Both the position numbers and the translations under genes were made by a program. A stretch of DNA of 46,648 nucleotides from Parvularia atlantis (lineage: Eukaryota): contig CALSCO010001169.1 of the NCBI GenBank assembly GCA_943704415.1, positions 1-46,648 of the forward strand, given 5' to 3'. The notes below the pieces were generated by a model, which was given only the letters and a program-made list of their open reading frames with translations, searched no databases and was not told the DNA's origin. Positions 1 through 12,400 of this stretch are shown here, piece by piece (position 1 is the first letter of the stretch; each line of letters begins with the position of its first letter).

Positions 1-77
1 GGGGGGGTGGCGTGCGGGGGATGGCGGGGATGCCGTGCGGCACGATCACAACAGCAGCTCAACAACAACAACGCAGG

Positions 78-2453
78 ATGCAGCGTCTCGCCGCGGCCCT
101 CGCGGCCGTCGTCCTCGCGCTGCTCGCCGCGCCGGCGCTCGCCGGCAAGTTCCCCGCGCCGCAGGTCGAGCTCGCCGACGGCGCCGTGCTCGTGGGCCAG
201 TTCCAGGGCTTCTCGCACGTAGCCGACGGCGGTGCGCGGCCTGCACCCGCTCGTGTGAGGCTGAGCGCGGACGTGCCTCGCAGGCCGCAACGCGCTCTTC
301 GGCCTCGCGTCAACGCAGCAGCGCTGGGGCGTGCTCAAGCTGAACGAGACCGGCTTCGACCTGCTCACGGAGCCGTTCGCGTCGACTGTGACGATCTCGG
401 CGATCGCCTACGACGCGGTGCGCGACGGGCTTTATTCGCCCCTTCTCGTTCTGGTGCGCAGAGGCCAACGGCGCGGCGTGTTTGGCGTGTGCGCGCAGGA
501 CACGGAGACGTACTACATCGGCGGCTCGTTCAGCCAGGTGAACGGCGCGCAGTTTGGTAACATTGCCGGCATCCGCAACAACAGGCTCTTCCCACTTGAC
601 CAGGCACGCGCGCGCGGAGGGCGGCTGCGTTGTGCAGCGGGTGCGGCTCATCGGCACCGCGTCGGCAGGGTCTCAATGGCGCCGTCGCAAGCATCGCGGT
701 CAAGGACGGCATCGTCTACGCCGGCGGCTCATTCACGGCCGCTGTGGGCCGGTCGTACACCTAGTGCGCGCTCGCGTGCTCGTCTGTCTGCGTGGGTGAG
801 TGTGACTTCTCACGCGCCCGGCCGCGCGCGATGCACATGTGCAGCCCCAGCAGCAGCCGCGGTCTGCAGCGCATCGCACGCTTCATTGACGGGCGCTGGC
901 AGCCGATGCCTGGACTGGGCCTGAACAACAACGTGCGGCAGTAAGTGGCGGCGGTCGACGCGCCACCAGCCGTGAGGTGACGACCCGCGCCGTGCATGCA
1001 GGGTGCTGTTCAACGGCGACAAGCTGTACGCGATCGGCGATTTCACGCAGACGTTCGACCTCGAGTCTGCCAGCCCCGTGAGCCCGACGCCAGGCTGCGC
1101 GCGCGTGGGCCTCTGCTCACATGGGCCTTGCGCTGCAGCGCGTGCCCGACCAGTTTGTCTCGGTCACGTACTACGGCATCACGTCGACGGGCAACCTCAC
1201 CGGCTACGGCCCCGAGAACCTGCTCAACAACTCCGACCTCGATCGTGCGTCGTCGCTCAGGCGGCAGCCTTGCTCATGCCTGGATACGCCGCTGCCGCAG
1301 CTGCCAAGTGCTGGTTCAGCCGTGACGGCGTCTACGACAGCGTGACGATCGACCTGGGCGTGCCCACGCAGGTGACATGGATCCGCATCGGCAACGCCGT
1401 CGCCGGCAACCGCACCGGATACGCCGTCAGGTGTGTGCCGCATCCGCACGGCTCGCGCGCGACACCTGCTTGGTGTTCATGCGCGGCGCACCCTCAGCAT
1501 CACTGCACCCGGATCTTTGTCACACTGGGACCCTGCCTACCGCGTCTACACGACCAGCTCGTCCATTCGTCTCTCGCGCGAGCCAAGCAACCCATGGTGC
1601 GCACTGCAAACTGCGCCCGCGCCGGGGCCCACACGCAAGCTGACTGCTCTGCGCACGCCTTCAGGACGGACTTGTTCATTCTGCCCTACGGGGACACCCT
1701 GCGAACCCTAACAATCGAGATGTCTGGCGACGGCAGGCACCTCGGCGGTGGCATCTGCGCCATCGAGGTCTACCGCTCCGGTGCGCCCAGTCGTGCGGCT
1801 CATGCGCCGATCTTACCCCTCTCGCACCGCGTGCAGTGCTCGCGGCGTACCCCACCTACAACGCGCAGCAAGTCAGCGTCGCCACGCAGACCAGTGACTG
1901 GGCCAAGGTCGGCAGCGCCGTTGATGCCGCCGGGCAGGAGTACAGGGCCACGATCGCAAGCACGAGCAGTGCGCCCAGGAAGTGCGGCCGCGGCAATGGA
2001 TGCTGACGTGCAATGCGCAGACTTCCCGCGCATCGCCCTCAAGCTCGACTCGGTCGAGACGGCGCTGTACAACGTGATTGTGGTGCGTTGCGTGCTGCTC
2101 GGCGCGCTCTGCCCGCACCGCTGCCGGTCATCTCACATGCAGCACCAGTACGGCAACGGCTGTAGCGGGGCGTGCGTCTCGGCCGCCACGGTCACCGTCA
2201 GCCTCGGTCCGGACACGGTGTCGTACGCAACCACGTTCACGCAGAGCACGTCGTACACGCTGGTGCGCAGCGCTGTTGGCTCTGGCGCCGGCCGGGCTGA
2301 CACCGATGGGGCGCAGTACGCGCGGCTGCCTGTGAAGGCAAACTCGACCATCTTTATCCGCCCCGAGGGCGCGAACGGCGACCAGTTCTTCTTCACCCGG
2401 TGCGTGCGCGCCTCGGCAATGCGTGCTCCACCGGCTGACTTTTATTCTGGCGC

Positions 2454-2505
<52 letters not shown>

Positions 2506-5500
2506 ATCGAGCTGCAGCGCGAATACAGCATCACCGGCCTGACGACGAGCATGGTCGAGTATGATCTGACGCTGGAGACCGTGTCGGCCGTGACACGTGC
2601 GTGTGCGCATGGGGCCTCGCCATGCCAGCGCGCGCTCACGCGCGGCCACGCACGATCGTCAGCCAACCAGCCGCTGGGCAGCAACATCGTGCGGGCTCTG
2701 CGCGAGTCGAGCGACTCGCTCATCCTGTTTTTCGGCACCGGTGCAAATGCACGCAGCAGCGCGCGTCCCGGCTGCTGACTCGGAGGCGGCGCAGACCTTG
2801 GGTACGGCTATGTCGCGCGCTACAACCTCAACACGAACAACGTGACAGCGCTGGCCAACGGTGGCCTTTCGAGCAGCGTCAACGCGGCTGCACTGCTGCC
2901 GGGTGGTGGTTTTGTCATCGGCGGCTCGTTTTTGCAGACGAGGGATGGCTTTGTGCGGCTCAATTACGTCGCGATCTACAAAAACGACCGCTGGACCGCG
3001 CTCGGCAAGGTGCGTTAGCGTGGTGACAGCAGCATGCGCCGCGTTTGCCTGATCACACCATGTGCACACGCAGGGCATCAGCGCGGCCGTCAGCACGCTC
3101 GCTGTCGTCGGCGATCGGATCTACTTTGGCGGCTCGTTCACGCGCACGTTCTCGATCGGCGACGCCAATTCTATCAACCCTCCCTTCGGCACGGCCGGTG
3201 CGCTACGCGGGCCTCTCTCGCAGCGCGCATGCTCACCTGGCACATTTGCGGCGTGCGCCAGCGCTCAACGTCGCCGTGTTTAACCTGACGCTGAACGACT
3301 GGGTCCCGCTCGTGCACACTGGCTTGTACGTTCTCCGCCGGGCCGATGCGATAGCTGTGGCGCTCACGCGCTCACGCGCGCCTGCGCAGCACGTCGAGCA
3401 ATTTCTTCTCGGACGGCACCAACCTGCTCGCAGCGGGCCACTCTGGCAACCAGCGCTTTGCGAGTGTGCGTTGCGCCTGTTTGCTGTGGCTGTGCACAGA
3501 GCCCCTCATTCACACGCGCCGCGCGCAGCTCTTTGCGAACGGCGTTGCGCGCTGGAGTGCCGAGCGCGCGCGCTTCGAGACGCTCAACTTTGGCTTCACG
3601 CGGTGCGTGCATGCGGTTGCACTCGTTTGGCGCGGGTGCTCTGAAGTTGCGCGCACGCAATCTTCAGTGAGGTCGGTACCGTCGGCGGCGTGGCCACGCC
3701 CATTGTGAGGGCGGTGGCCAGCTACCAGGGCAACGTCTACGTCGGTGGCCAGATGTCGGGCGCGGTGCGTTGCGCGCGCTTTCATGCGCGGTTGTCGGCC
3801 CGGCTAAATGCACCGTGGGCAGGGCATGTACGACAACTTCCTGCGCCACGTGGCCATGTACAACGAGACGTCGGCGAGCTGGCAGTCGCTCGGCGGCGGA
3901 GTCGGCATCGCTGGTGGATCCGGTGCGTACGCTGTTGCGCGTTGCACGCGGAAGGACGCTCATGCCCCCCCCCCCCCCCCCCCCCCTGGCGCACCAGGCT
4001 CGCCCGAAGTGCGCACGCTCGCCGTCTACCGCGACCAGCTGTGGGTAGGCGGCGCCTTCAACCTGGTGTACGACGACTTTGCGATCGAGGGCAAGGGCCT
4101 CGTGGCCAACGGCTTGGGCGTGTGGGACGGCAACAAGTGGGTGCCGGTGGCGCCTATCCTGCGTGCGTGCGCGCGCGTGGATGCCGCCCAGCGCGGCTGT
4201 CGGCTGACCGGCGGCTCGTGCGTCGGTTCAGGCTCAGGCACGAGTGTGGCCGCGGTCAACGTGCTGTACCACCCGGACGGCTGGGACTACGACATCATCG
4301 TCGCCGGCGGCGTCTTCTCGTTTGCGGGCGAGGTGCGGGCGTGCGGGTGCGGGCTGCACGCAGCGGGTTGATCAGTGGCCGTGCAGGTGAGCTGCAACAA
4401 CGTGTGCATCTGGGACGGCTCGATGTGGTCGGCACTCGGCCTGGGCGTGTCCGGCACGGTCAACGCGATCGCGCACGCGGGCGTACGTCGCGTAGCTGCG
4501 CAGCAAGGGCCAGCACGCTGCTCATTCGCTTTGCACAGAGCGTTCTGATCGTCGGTGGCTCGTTCAGCTACGCCGGCGGCATGCCCGTGGGTAACATCGC
4601 GTCGTACGACTTCAATACGGGCGTGTGGTGTGTGGAGGGGCTTGCTTCGGCCGGCTACGCGCTAACGACCGCGCTCCAGGCGGCCGATGGACTACCTGTA
4701 CGGCACGGTCAACAGCATCGTCGTCAACGGCGGCCTCAACTCGGTCTTTGTCGGCTACGCGCAGTCGTACACGAGCAGCTATCACAACCACCTCGCGCAC
4801 TACGACGGCCAGTACTTTAACCTGTTTGGTGCGCGCCGGCCGCAGATGCGAACGCGCGCAGAAAAGCTGACATTGCGATGGGCGGGCAGGCTACCTGCTC
4901 TCGAGCAGCACCGTGTCGAGCGTGCAGCTCGTGTCGGCCTCGAATGCGCCCGGCAACGACCTCCTGCCCGGGGGCACGGTGTTGCACGTATGCGGCACGC
5001 TCAACATCCGTGGCCAGAACGGTTTGCGATGCGGCCCGCGTTCGGCGTGCGGGCTAGATACTGACGGCCGCGCCCAGGCGCCTCCACCTGCGCCGTGTTT
5101 GACGGCCTCAATTGGTTCCCGCAGTCGCTCGGTGTCGCCGTCAGCGGCACGCCGATCATCCGTGGTGTGCTGTTCCCGCAGCCGCAGTACTATGGCCTGT
5201 CGCGCGCCGGCGTGATCGCCCTGTCGGTCATCTTTGGCTTCCTGGGCCTAGTGCTGCTGGGCCTGCTGCTCTTCTTCCTCGTGCGCCGCTGTATGGGCGC
5301 TTCGCGCGGCTCAGCAGGCGCGACCAAGTACTGTGCGTGCAGCAGCTTGGCCGACCAGTGCACGCGCGCAACTCAACCGTGCGCGCGCGGCAGCGGACGA
5401 TGCTGCCGTCGCCAAGCAGGTCTCGTCCGGTACGGGCGCGGCGATCGCCCTGGGTGCCGTCAAGACCAGTGCGTCGCGCCCAACGACGGTCATTGCTGCC

Positions 5501-5899
5501 TCGGCCGTGCCCCTGGGCGAATACCGCGCGACGTGTGTCCGGTGCGGCTCGCGGGCTGCGCATTACTCACGTGGCTCGTACCCCAGGCAAGCGTTCGAGG
5601 CGCAGGACTCGGGTGAGCTGAGCCTGGCGGCGGGCGACATTGTCACCGTGCTCAACAACGAGAACTCCGACTGGTGGTGCGTCCAGTCTTTGTCTCTCGC
5701 TAGCGCAGCCCTTGACACGTGCACGCGCGCCCCGCACCCAGGCACGGCCGCGTGGGCCAGCGCAGCGGCTGGTTCCCCAAGTCGTTTGTGGAGCCGACGC
5801 AAGAGAAGATGCGGGTGCGTCTGGCGCGATGCACCCGGACCGTTCGCTGATGGCGCGCCACAGATGTCGTCGTACGATAACCCGAATACCGAGGCGTGA
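78..5899 (+). CDS. Type I membrane protein, Rax2-like: signal peptide, extracellular beta-propeller repeats, one TM helix, cytoplasmic SH3 (multi-exon)
   Basis: Signal peptide MQRLAAALAAVVLALLAAPALA. Repeated blades YIGGSF, YAGGSF, VIGGSF, YFGGSF, YVGG, WVGGAF, IVGGSF with 'GLNGAV/GLNNNV' and 'NIA.YD' motifs. TM GVIALSVIFGFLGLVLLGLLLFFLV (~5209-5283). SH3 YRATQAFEAQDSGELSLAAGDIVTVLNNENSDWWHGRVGQRSGWFPKSFV. Stop TGA at 5897-5899. The Rax2 label comes from recalled motif resemblance, not a search. Confidence 0.75.
2456..2503. repeat. (CA)n microsatellite inside intron 2400-2504
   Basis: Perfect CA run directly before the acceptor AG. Confidence 0.95.
3965..3986. repeat. Poly-C tract (22 nt) in an intron
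   Basis: Lies between the branch-like GCTCAT and the acceptor CAG at ~3997. Confidence 0.9.
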
Positions 5900-6114
5900 G
5901 AGACCGCACTCAGCAGTCTTTGCTTCTTTTTCAAGTTTTTTTTAGTTGGTTCTGCTCGTCTCGCTCGTGTGGTGTGTCTCTTGCTAGTTCCGTTTTCTGC
6001 ACGCCCGCTCGCTCGCACCTGCTCTTCTTTTGCTACGCGTTCATGACCCCTTTGGCGACACACGCAAACAGCAGCCACAAGTGACACGTCGAGCACGTCC
6101 AGCGTCCAGCGCGT

Positions 6115-9043
6115 TCAGTTCATCTGCAACGCGCGTTTGGTCTGGAAGCGCAGGAAGAAAAGCGCGCCGACGCGCAGGGCGAGCATCGTGCCGAGCAGGA
6201 TCAGCGCTGGCGGGTAGATGTCACGGAAGATGTACGACTGCTGCTCGAGGCGCTGCGGTCGACGGCGCGGTCAGGCGCCCGCGCGACGTCGTCGTAGAGG
6301 CGCACGCACCAGCTCGCCGTTCGTGACGGGGCAGACGGGAGTGCCGTCCGGCCCGTAGACAAACTGGTTGGGCTCGCAGTAGAACGTCTTGCCGGAGAAC
6401 TCGTTGCTTGAAGGAAGCCGCGTGTCAGCCTGGCGTTCATGCGCAGCGTGCACGCGCGACACACATGCTCAGGGCCTCGAGCGCCCAGCGGAAGAACGAG
6501 ACGTACGAGATCCAGCTGCGGGGCGCACGTCAGTTTGTGCGGTGCGCCGGTTGCACGAGGCGCACCGCAACCACCAGCCGAGCGAGCTGCCGACGTTGAC
6601 AAAGAGACCGCCGAGCAGCCTGCGGGCGCGCGGGCGCGTCAGCGGCGCGCAGCAGCGAGCGGCGGGGTAGGCAGCGCACATCATCGGCAGCAGCGCGAGC
6701 GGGCCGAGACCGGTCGCGATCTCAGGGTTGGGGATGGCCGCGCCGATGAACCACCTGTCGCGGCCGAGCGCGCTCGTCACATGGCTGTGCGCACGCCGCA
6801 CCCAAGCGCACGTCGCACCCGAGCGCGCCGGCCGTGAAGCCGAGCAGCGTGAGGATGCCGTAGAAGATGAAGAACTTTTCGGCGCTCTGTGGCGACCGCG
6901 CGCGACGCTCGTGAGCGCGCCCCGTCACGCCGCGGACGGCACTGTGAGACCGCACGTTCTGGTAGCCGATGAACCAGTAGACGAGCAGCGCGTTGATCAT
7001 CGGCGCGATCAGGCCAAAGAGGAACTCGGTGTAGGTCTTGCCGAGGAAGTAGGTGCTGATGCGGTACATGGACGTGTACTGCGCAGGCGTCACAAACGGC
7101 GACGATATGCCGCGGCACACACCTGCTCGCGGATGAGGATTGGGCGCTCGAGCGGCAGCGTGAGCAGCACGGCAAACAGGCCCGAGAAGACCTGGCGGCC
7201 AGCCGGCGTCAGTCGCACCGCACGGGCAGCATGCGCGCGCGTACTCACCGAGCCTGTAATGACGAAGAACAGCGAGCCGGTGGTCGACTGGAGCGAGTTC
7301 TGGTCGGAGCCGAGCGGGATGAAGACGGCGCCGGTGAGCATGCCGATGATGATGATCTGTGCGATGCGGCCCCTGTAGCGTTCGCACGGACGACCGTCAA
7401 GACGGTGCACGACGCGGCGTACGGGCGGGGGCAGCGCACCACAGCACGGCCGGGTTGCGCATGCCGTCGATCCACGAGCGCTGCGACATGTAGTACAGCT
7501 CGACAAAGTAGTTGGGCCGCTGCAGCGGCAGCTCAATAACGTCGTTGACGATCTCGCTCTGTCGCCGCGCGGCTGAGAACGGCCTGCGGATGAGCTAGGC
7601 GGCACCACGCACGTGCGAGCCCGCGTCAATCAGGCCCTTCTCGCGGTGCTCCGCAAACGTCACGGCGATGTTGCTGATGCGGTCAAAGTCCGCCGGCTCC
7701 TCCGTGTGCAGCACCGACATGTAGAAGTCTGCGACGCGGCGTGTGAGCGTGGCCGGCTCAACCGCCCGGACGCGCCGCGCACCGGCCGGGTTCGAGTATT
7801 CTGGGACAGCGTGTCCCGCCGCGGCGAAAAAGTCCATGCTCTTTTGCGCGACGCCGGCGTACATGAGCTGCGCGCGCGGGTGCCGGTCAGTATCACGACA
7901 ACGTGTGTCAGGCTGCGCAAGCACGCGCTGACCTTGCCGCGCGCGAGTAGGTAGAGCTTGTCAAACTTCTCGAAGATCTCGCTCGATGGCTGGTGGATGG
8001 TGCAGATGATGGTGCGGCCCTGCTTGGCCAGCTCCTTGAGCGTCTCGAGCAGGATGAGCGCCGAGTAGGCGTCGAGACCGCTCGTGGGCTCGTCCAGGAA
8101 CATCTGCACGGTGCGTGAACGAGCGTGTGAGTAATCTCGCAGGAGACGACTGGCGCGCGCCCGCACCAGGCCCGGGTTGGTGATGAGCTCGTAGCCGACC
8201 GACGTGCGCTTGCGCTCGCCGCCCGAGATGCCGCGGATGAACGGGTTGCCGACGGGCGTGCTGGCGCACTTCTTGAGGCCGAGGACGTCGATGAGCGCCT
8301 CGACGCGCTCCTTGCGCTCGGCGGACGTGAGGCTGCACGCACAACCGCGGGTGAGCGGCGTCGTGACGATGCAGGCGCGGCGGGGATGCCGGGAGACGCA
8401 CTGCACGAGGCGCAGGTTGGCCGCGAACGTGAGCAGCTCGCGCGGCGTCATCGCGCCCATCAGCAGGTCGTCTGTGCGCGCGCCGCGTGTCACGGAGGCC
8501 GCTGGCCAGCCGTCGCGTGCGCGCACCCTGCATCACGTACGCCGCGAGACGGTTGTAGCCCTTGGGCAGCGGCTTGCCGTTGAGGAGGATCTCGCCGTTG
8601 ACGGGCTTGACGCGGCCTGGGCGGATCGCGGCTCTGTGTGAGGCCGGCGGCAGCGGCGGGAGAAGCGGCCGCCGCCGATGCGCACGCGCGAGGACGTTGA
8701 GCAGCGACGTCTTGCCCGATCCGGACGGGCCCATGATCGCGAGCAGCTCGCCCGGGTTGGCCGCGCCGGCGAGGCCGTCGAGGATGGTGCGGGGCGTGAG
8801 CGTGCGGCTGAAGAAGAAGCCGCTCTGCAGCTGCACGATGTGCGTCACGCCGCTCCACCGCAGCTGGATGCTCTGCACGCGCTCGGCGCTCGGACGGCGC
8901 CCGCCGGCCAGCTCCGCGAACGTGTCGGGCGCGACGTCGAGCGCGACCGGGCGCAGCTCGACCGCGTTGTGTGTCTAGCGCGGGGGCTGAGCGCGGGGTT
9001 GTGCGCGCTCTGCACGGCAGCGGCGGCACACCGTGTCGCTCAT
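6115..9043 (-). CDS. ABCG (White-like) half transporter, NBD-TMD (multi-exon)
   Basis: Walker A GPSGSGKTS, Q-loop YVMQDD, signature ISGGERKR, Walker B MFLDEPTSGLD, H-loop CTIHQPS. TMD with ERPILIRE and YFLGK, then NEF...CP loop. Spliced start MSDT|THNAV; ends ...RALQMN*. Confidence 0.95.
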
Positions 9044-9372
9044 GCTGAACGGTGCTTGCTGCTCGGTGCTGCTCAAGAGGGCGTTGCGGGGCTGTTGCGG
9101 GGCTGACGGCTGCGGGCGAACGAGCGAGCGAAGGAAGAGAAGCAGTGTCGAGCAGCTCCACTAGAATCGTGACAATCGGCCCGATCGACGCGATCCACGT
9201 GGCGCGACCGTGGCGCGACTCGGTTCGCTCCGTTTGCGCGCTCGTGAGGCTGGCCCTGCTGCCGTGAGTGACGCGGGCTCTCGGGCTGTGAGCGCGACTG
9301 GAAGCTTGGCTGGCAAATAATGAGAGCAATTGAACTGAACGAACTCTAAATGGACGCGGCGGCACTCAGCCT

Positions 9373-9447
9373 GGCTCACGGCACAGGCTCACGGCACAGG
9401 CTCACGGCACAGGCTCACGGCTTAGGTTCTCTCAGGCTCATGGCACA
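9373..9447. repeat. 13-bp tandem repeat GGCTCACGGCACA (3 perfect copies, 1 partial, 1 variant)
   Basis: Copies at 9373, 9386 and 9399, partial at 9412, variant GGCTCATGGCACA at 9435. Lies between the kinase stop codon and the ABCG start. Confidence 0.9.
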
Positions 9448-9470
9448 ATGCAGCACATAAATAAAAAGGA

Positions 9471-12400
9471 TCATGAGCGCGGCAACCCCACGGCGGCGAC
9501 GTCGGGCGGCGAGACGGCCGGCCACAGCGCGGCGATCAGCTTGGCGCGGTCAAACGGCTTGGCGAGGAACGACATGCCGGCGGCGAGCGCGCGTCGCTGG
9601 TGCGTCTGCGTGCGCGCGCGCGCGCGCGCGCGTGGTGTGTGTCAGTGCACGGCGAGATGGCAGCATGCTACGCGCCGCACGCACCTCGTCGTTGTGGCCC
9701 GACACACCCACGATGAACGTCGTGTGCGTCAGCGCCGCACGCCCCGTCACCTGCGCGTGCCAGTGTTCCGGGTCGTGGCAGCGCCCCGTGGCCGCGTCGT
9801 GCTCGTGCTGGCGGATGCGCTGCGTCGCCTCGACCCCGCCCATCAGCGGCATCTCAAGGTCCATCACGATCACGTCGAAACGCGTCCGTGCCGCCGCCGC
9901 CACCGCGAGCGCCCCGTTGGCCGCCTGCTCGCACACGACCTCGGCGCCGGGCATCGTCGCGAGCTGCCGCGCCACGATCAGTCGGTTGACCTCGTTGTCG
10001 TCGACGACTGCGCGCATACGATCGATCATCAGCCACGGCGCGACCCGAACGCAAACGCACCGAGCACATGCAGCTTGTGCGGCGCCGACGGGTGCGGGCT
10101 GGACGGCGTCGGCGTCGTCTGCGAGCTCTCGTCCGACGGTGGCGAGATTGGCGGCGTCATCATCTGCCCGGCTGGCCCGCCTGCGCCTGCTGCCTCGGCT
10201 GGCGGCGGCGGCGGCACGAGCTCGACGCGGTCGGCCGTGAGGGGCGAGAGCGGGCGGGCGGCTGAGGCGGGCTCGGCGTTGTCGAGCTCGTCGTCGTTGA
10301 CCAGGTCGCACGGGATGCTGAAGCGGAACTCGGTGCCCTTGCCAAGCTCGCTGCGCACGCCGATGCTGCCGCCGAGGAGCTGCACGAGCGTGCGCGAGAT
10401 GTGCAGGCCGAGGCCGAAGCCGAGGGTCGGGCCGCTGTCGAGCTCGCCGTGCACCTGCGAGAACCGCCCAAACAGCTTCTCCTGCGCGTCGGCAGACATG
10501 CCGATGCCCGTGTCGCGCACGGCGATGTTGAGCACGGGCCGCCGCGAGACGACGGGGGCGCGCAGCAGGCTCGCGAGCTCGAGCGGCGCGGGCTTGTTGC
10601 CGTCGGCGCCCGGGTCGGACGCGGCCTCGGACTGCGGCGACGGCGGCGGCACGAGCAGGTCTGCGCTGATCGCGACGCGCTTGACCTGGGCCATGCTTGT
10701 GAACTTGATCGCGTTCGAGACGAGGTTGACGAGGATCTGGGCGATGCGCTTGGGGTCGCTGCGCAGGCGCTGCTGCGGCTCGATCGTGGCCGGGTCGATC
10801 TCGACGGCGCAGTTGATGCTCTGCGACGTCCTTTTGTGAGAAGCGACAACGACGACCGCGCGCAACCGAGCGCGCACCTTCTTGGCCATCTCGGCCGAGA
10901 ACATCTGCACGACCGACTGCACCAGCGCCGTGACCGTGAACACGCCCGAGCCAATCGCAAACTTGCCGGCCTTGATGCGCGAGGCGTCGAGCACGTCGTC
11001 GGCGATGAGCAGCTGGTGCCGCACGCAGACGTCGATCGCCGCGAGGCAGTCGTCCTGCTGGTCCAGCTCAACCAGGAGCTCTGCGCGCTGCTCTTGCGGC
11101 ACGCGCGTGCGCATCAGTCGCCGCAGCCGGAACGAGCCCTGGCGCAGCAGGTCGGCCGCGTTGATCATGCCGTTGAGCGGGTTGCGGATCTCGTGGCAGA
11201 CCGTGTCGACAAAGCGTTCCTGCGCCGTCGCGGGCCGGTCAGTGTCGCCGTCGACGTGCAAAGAGCACGCGCACCTGGTTCTGCCGGCTCTCCTCGGCGT
11301 CCTGCGCCCGGCGCCGCTGGATCTGCTCGGCGCGCCGCAGCGCCTCGTACCGCTCGCGCTCGAGCCGGCGCAGGCGCAGCTGCATGTCGATGCGGGCCAC
11401 GAGCTCGCGCGCGTCGAACGGCTTGACGACGTAGTCGTCTGCGCCGGCCTTGAACCCGCCAACGCTGTCGAGCGACCCGGAGCGTGCCGAGACGAGGATG
11501 ACGGGGAGGGCGGCCGTGCGTGCGTCGCGGCGGAGCTCGCGCAGCAGGGCGAAGCCGTCCATGCGCGGCATCATCACGTCGCTCAGGACGAGGTCGGGCA
11601 CGCCGTCGTGCGCGATGTGCTCGAGCGCGTCCTGCCCGTCCACGGCCAGCTCGATGTTGTACTGTGCGTGCAGCAGGTCGTAGACGTACTGCGCATCGAG
11701 CCGCGATCAGCACGAGCGCGCACGTCGAGGCGCGCGCGCACGCACCAAGCGCATGTCGGCGTTGTCGTCGACAAAGAGCACGCGCGGCTGCGACGAGCCG
11801 TGCTTGGGCGACGTCGCCGACGAAGGCGACGGGGCGGTCGAGGGCAACGGCGTGGGCGTGCCGGGCCGGCCCAGTGACGGGACGGGTGAGGGGAAGGGCG
11901 TCTCGCTGACGGGCGTGGACCGCGCCGACGATGCGGCCGACGACGCGGCCGACGAGACGCCGCTCGGGTGCTGCGCACCGGCCGGGGCGGCGGTGGGGCT
12001 GTTGAGCCACATCTTGGCGTCCTCGACGTAGTCGTTGGTGCGGACGGACGACGTCGGGCTGGGCGGCGTCGAGGCGCGTCCCGAAGGCTGGTCTGTTGCT
12101 GCCGCGACCTCGACGACGGCGGCGGCGTCCGGCAGCAGCGACGCGCGTGGCTCGTGCACGACGTGGTCGGCGGGGAGGTGCGCGCAGCCGACGGGGATGC
12201 GCACGGTGAAGACGCTGCCGGCGCCCGGGCGGCTGTCGACGGCCATCGACCCGCCGTGCAGCTTGACGAGCTCGAGCGTGAGGGCGAGGCCAATGCCGCT
12301 GCCCTCGTGCGAGCGCCCGTGCGCGTTGGCCACGCGGTAGAAGCGCTCGAAGACGCGGTCGCGGTCCTCAGCGCGGATGCCGCAGCCCGTGTCGCGCACG

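Noticed and set aside
1..30. G-rich window start as a telomere
   Set aside because: No regular repeat unit; only short G runs.
9373..9447. Possible CRISPR array
   Set aside because: The 13-bp units are directly adjacent with no unique spacers, there are no cas genes, and the context is eukaryotic.
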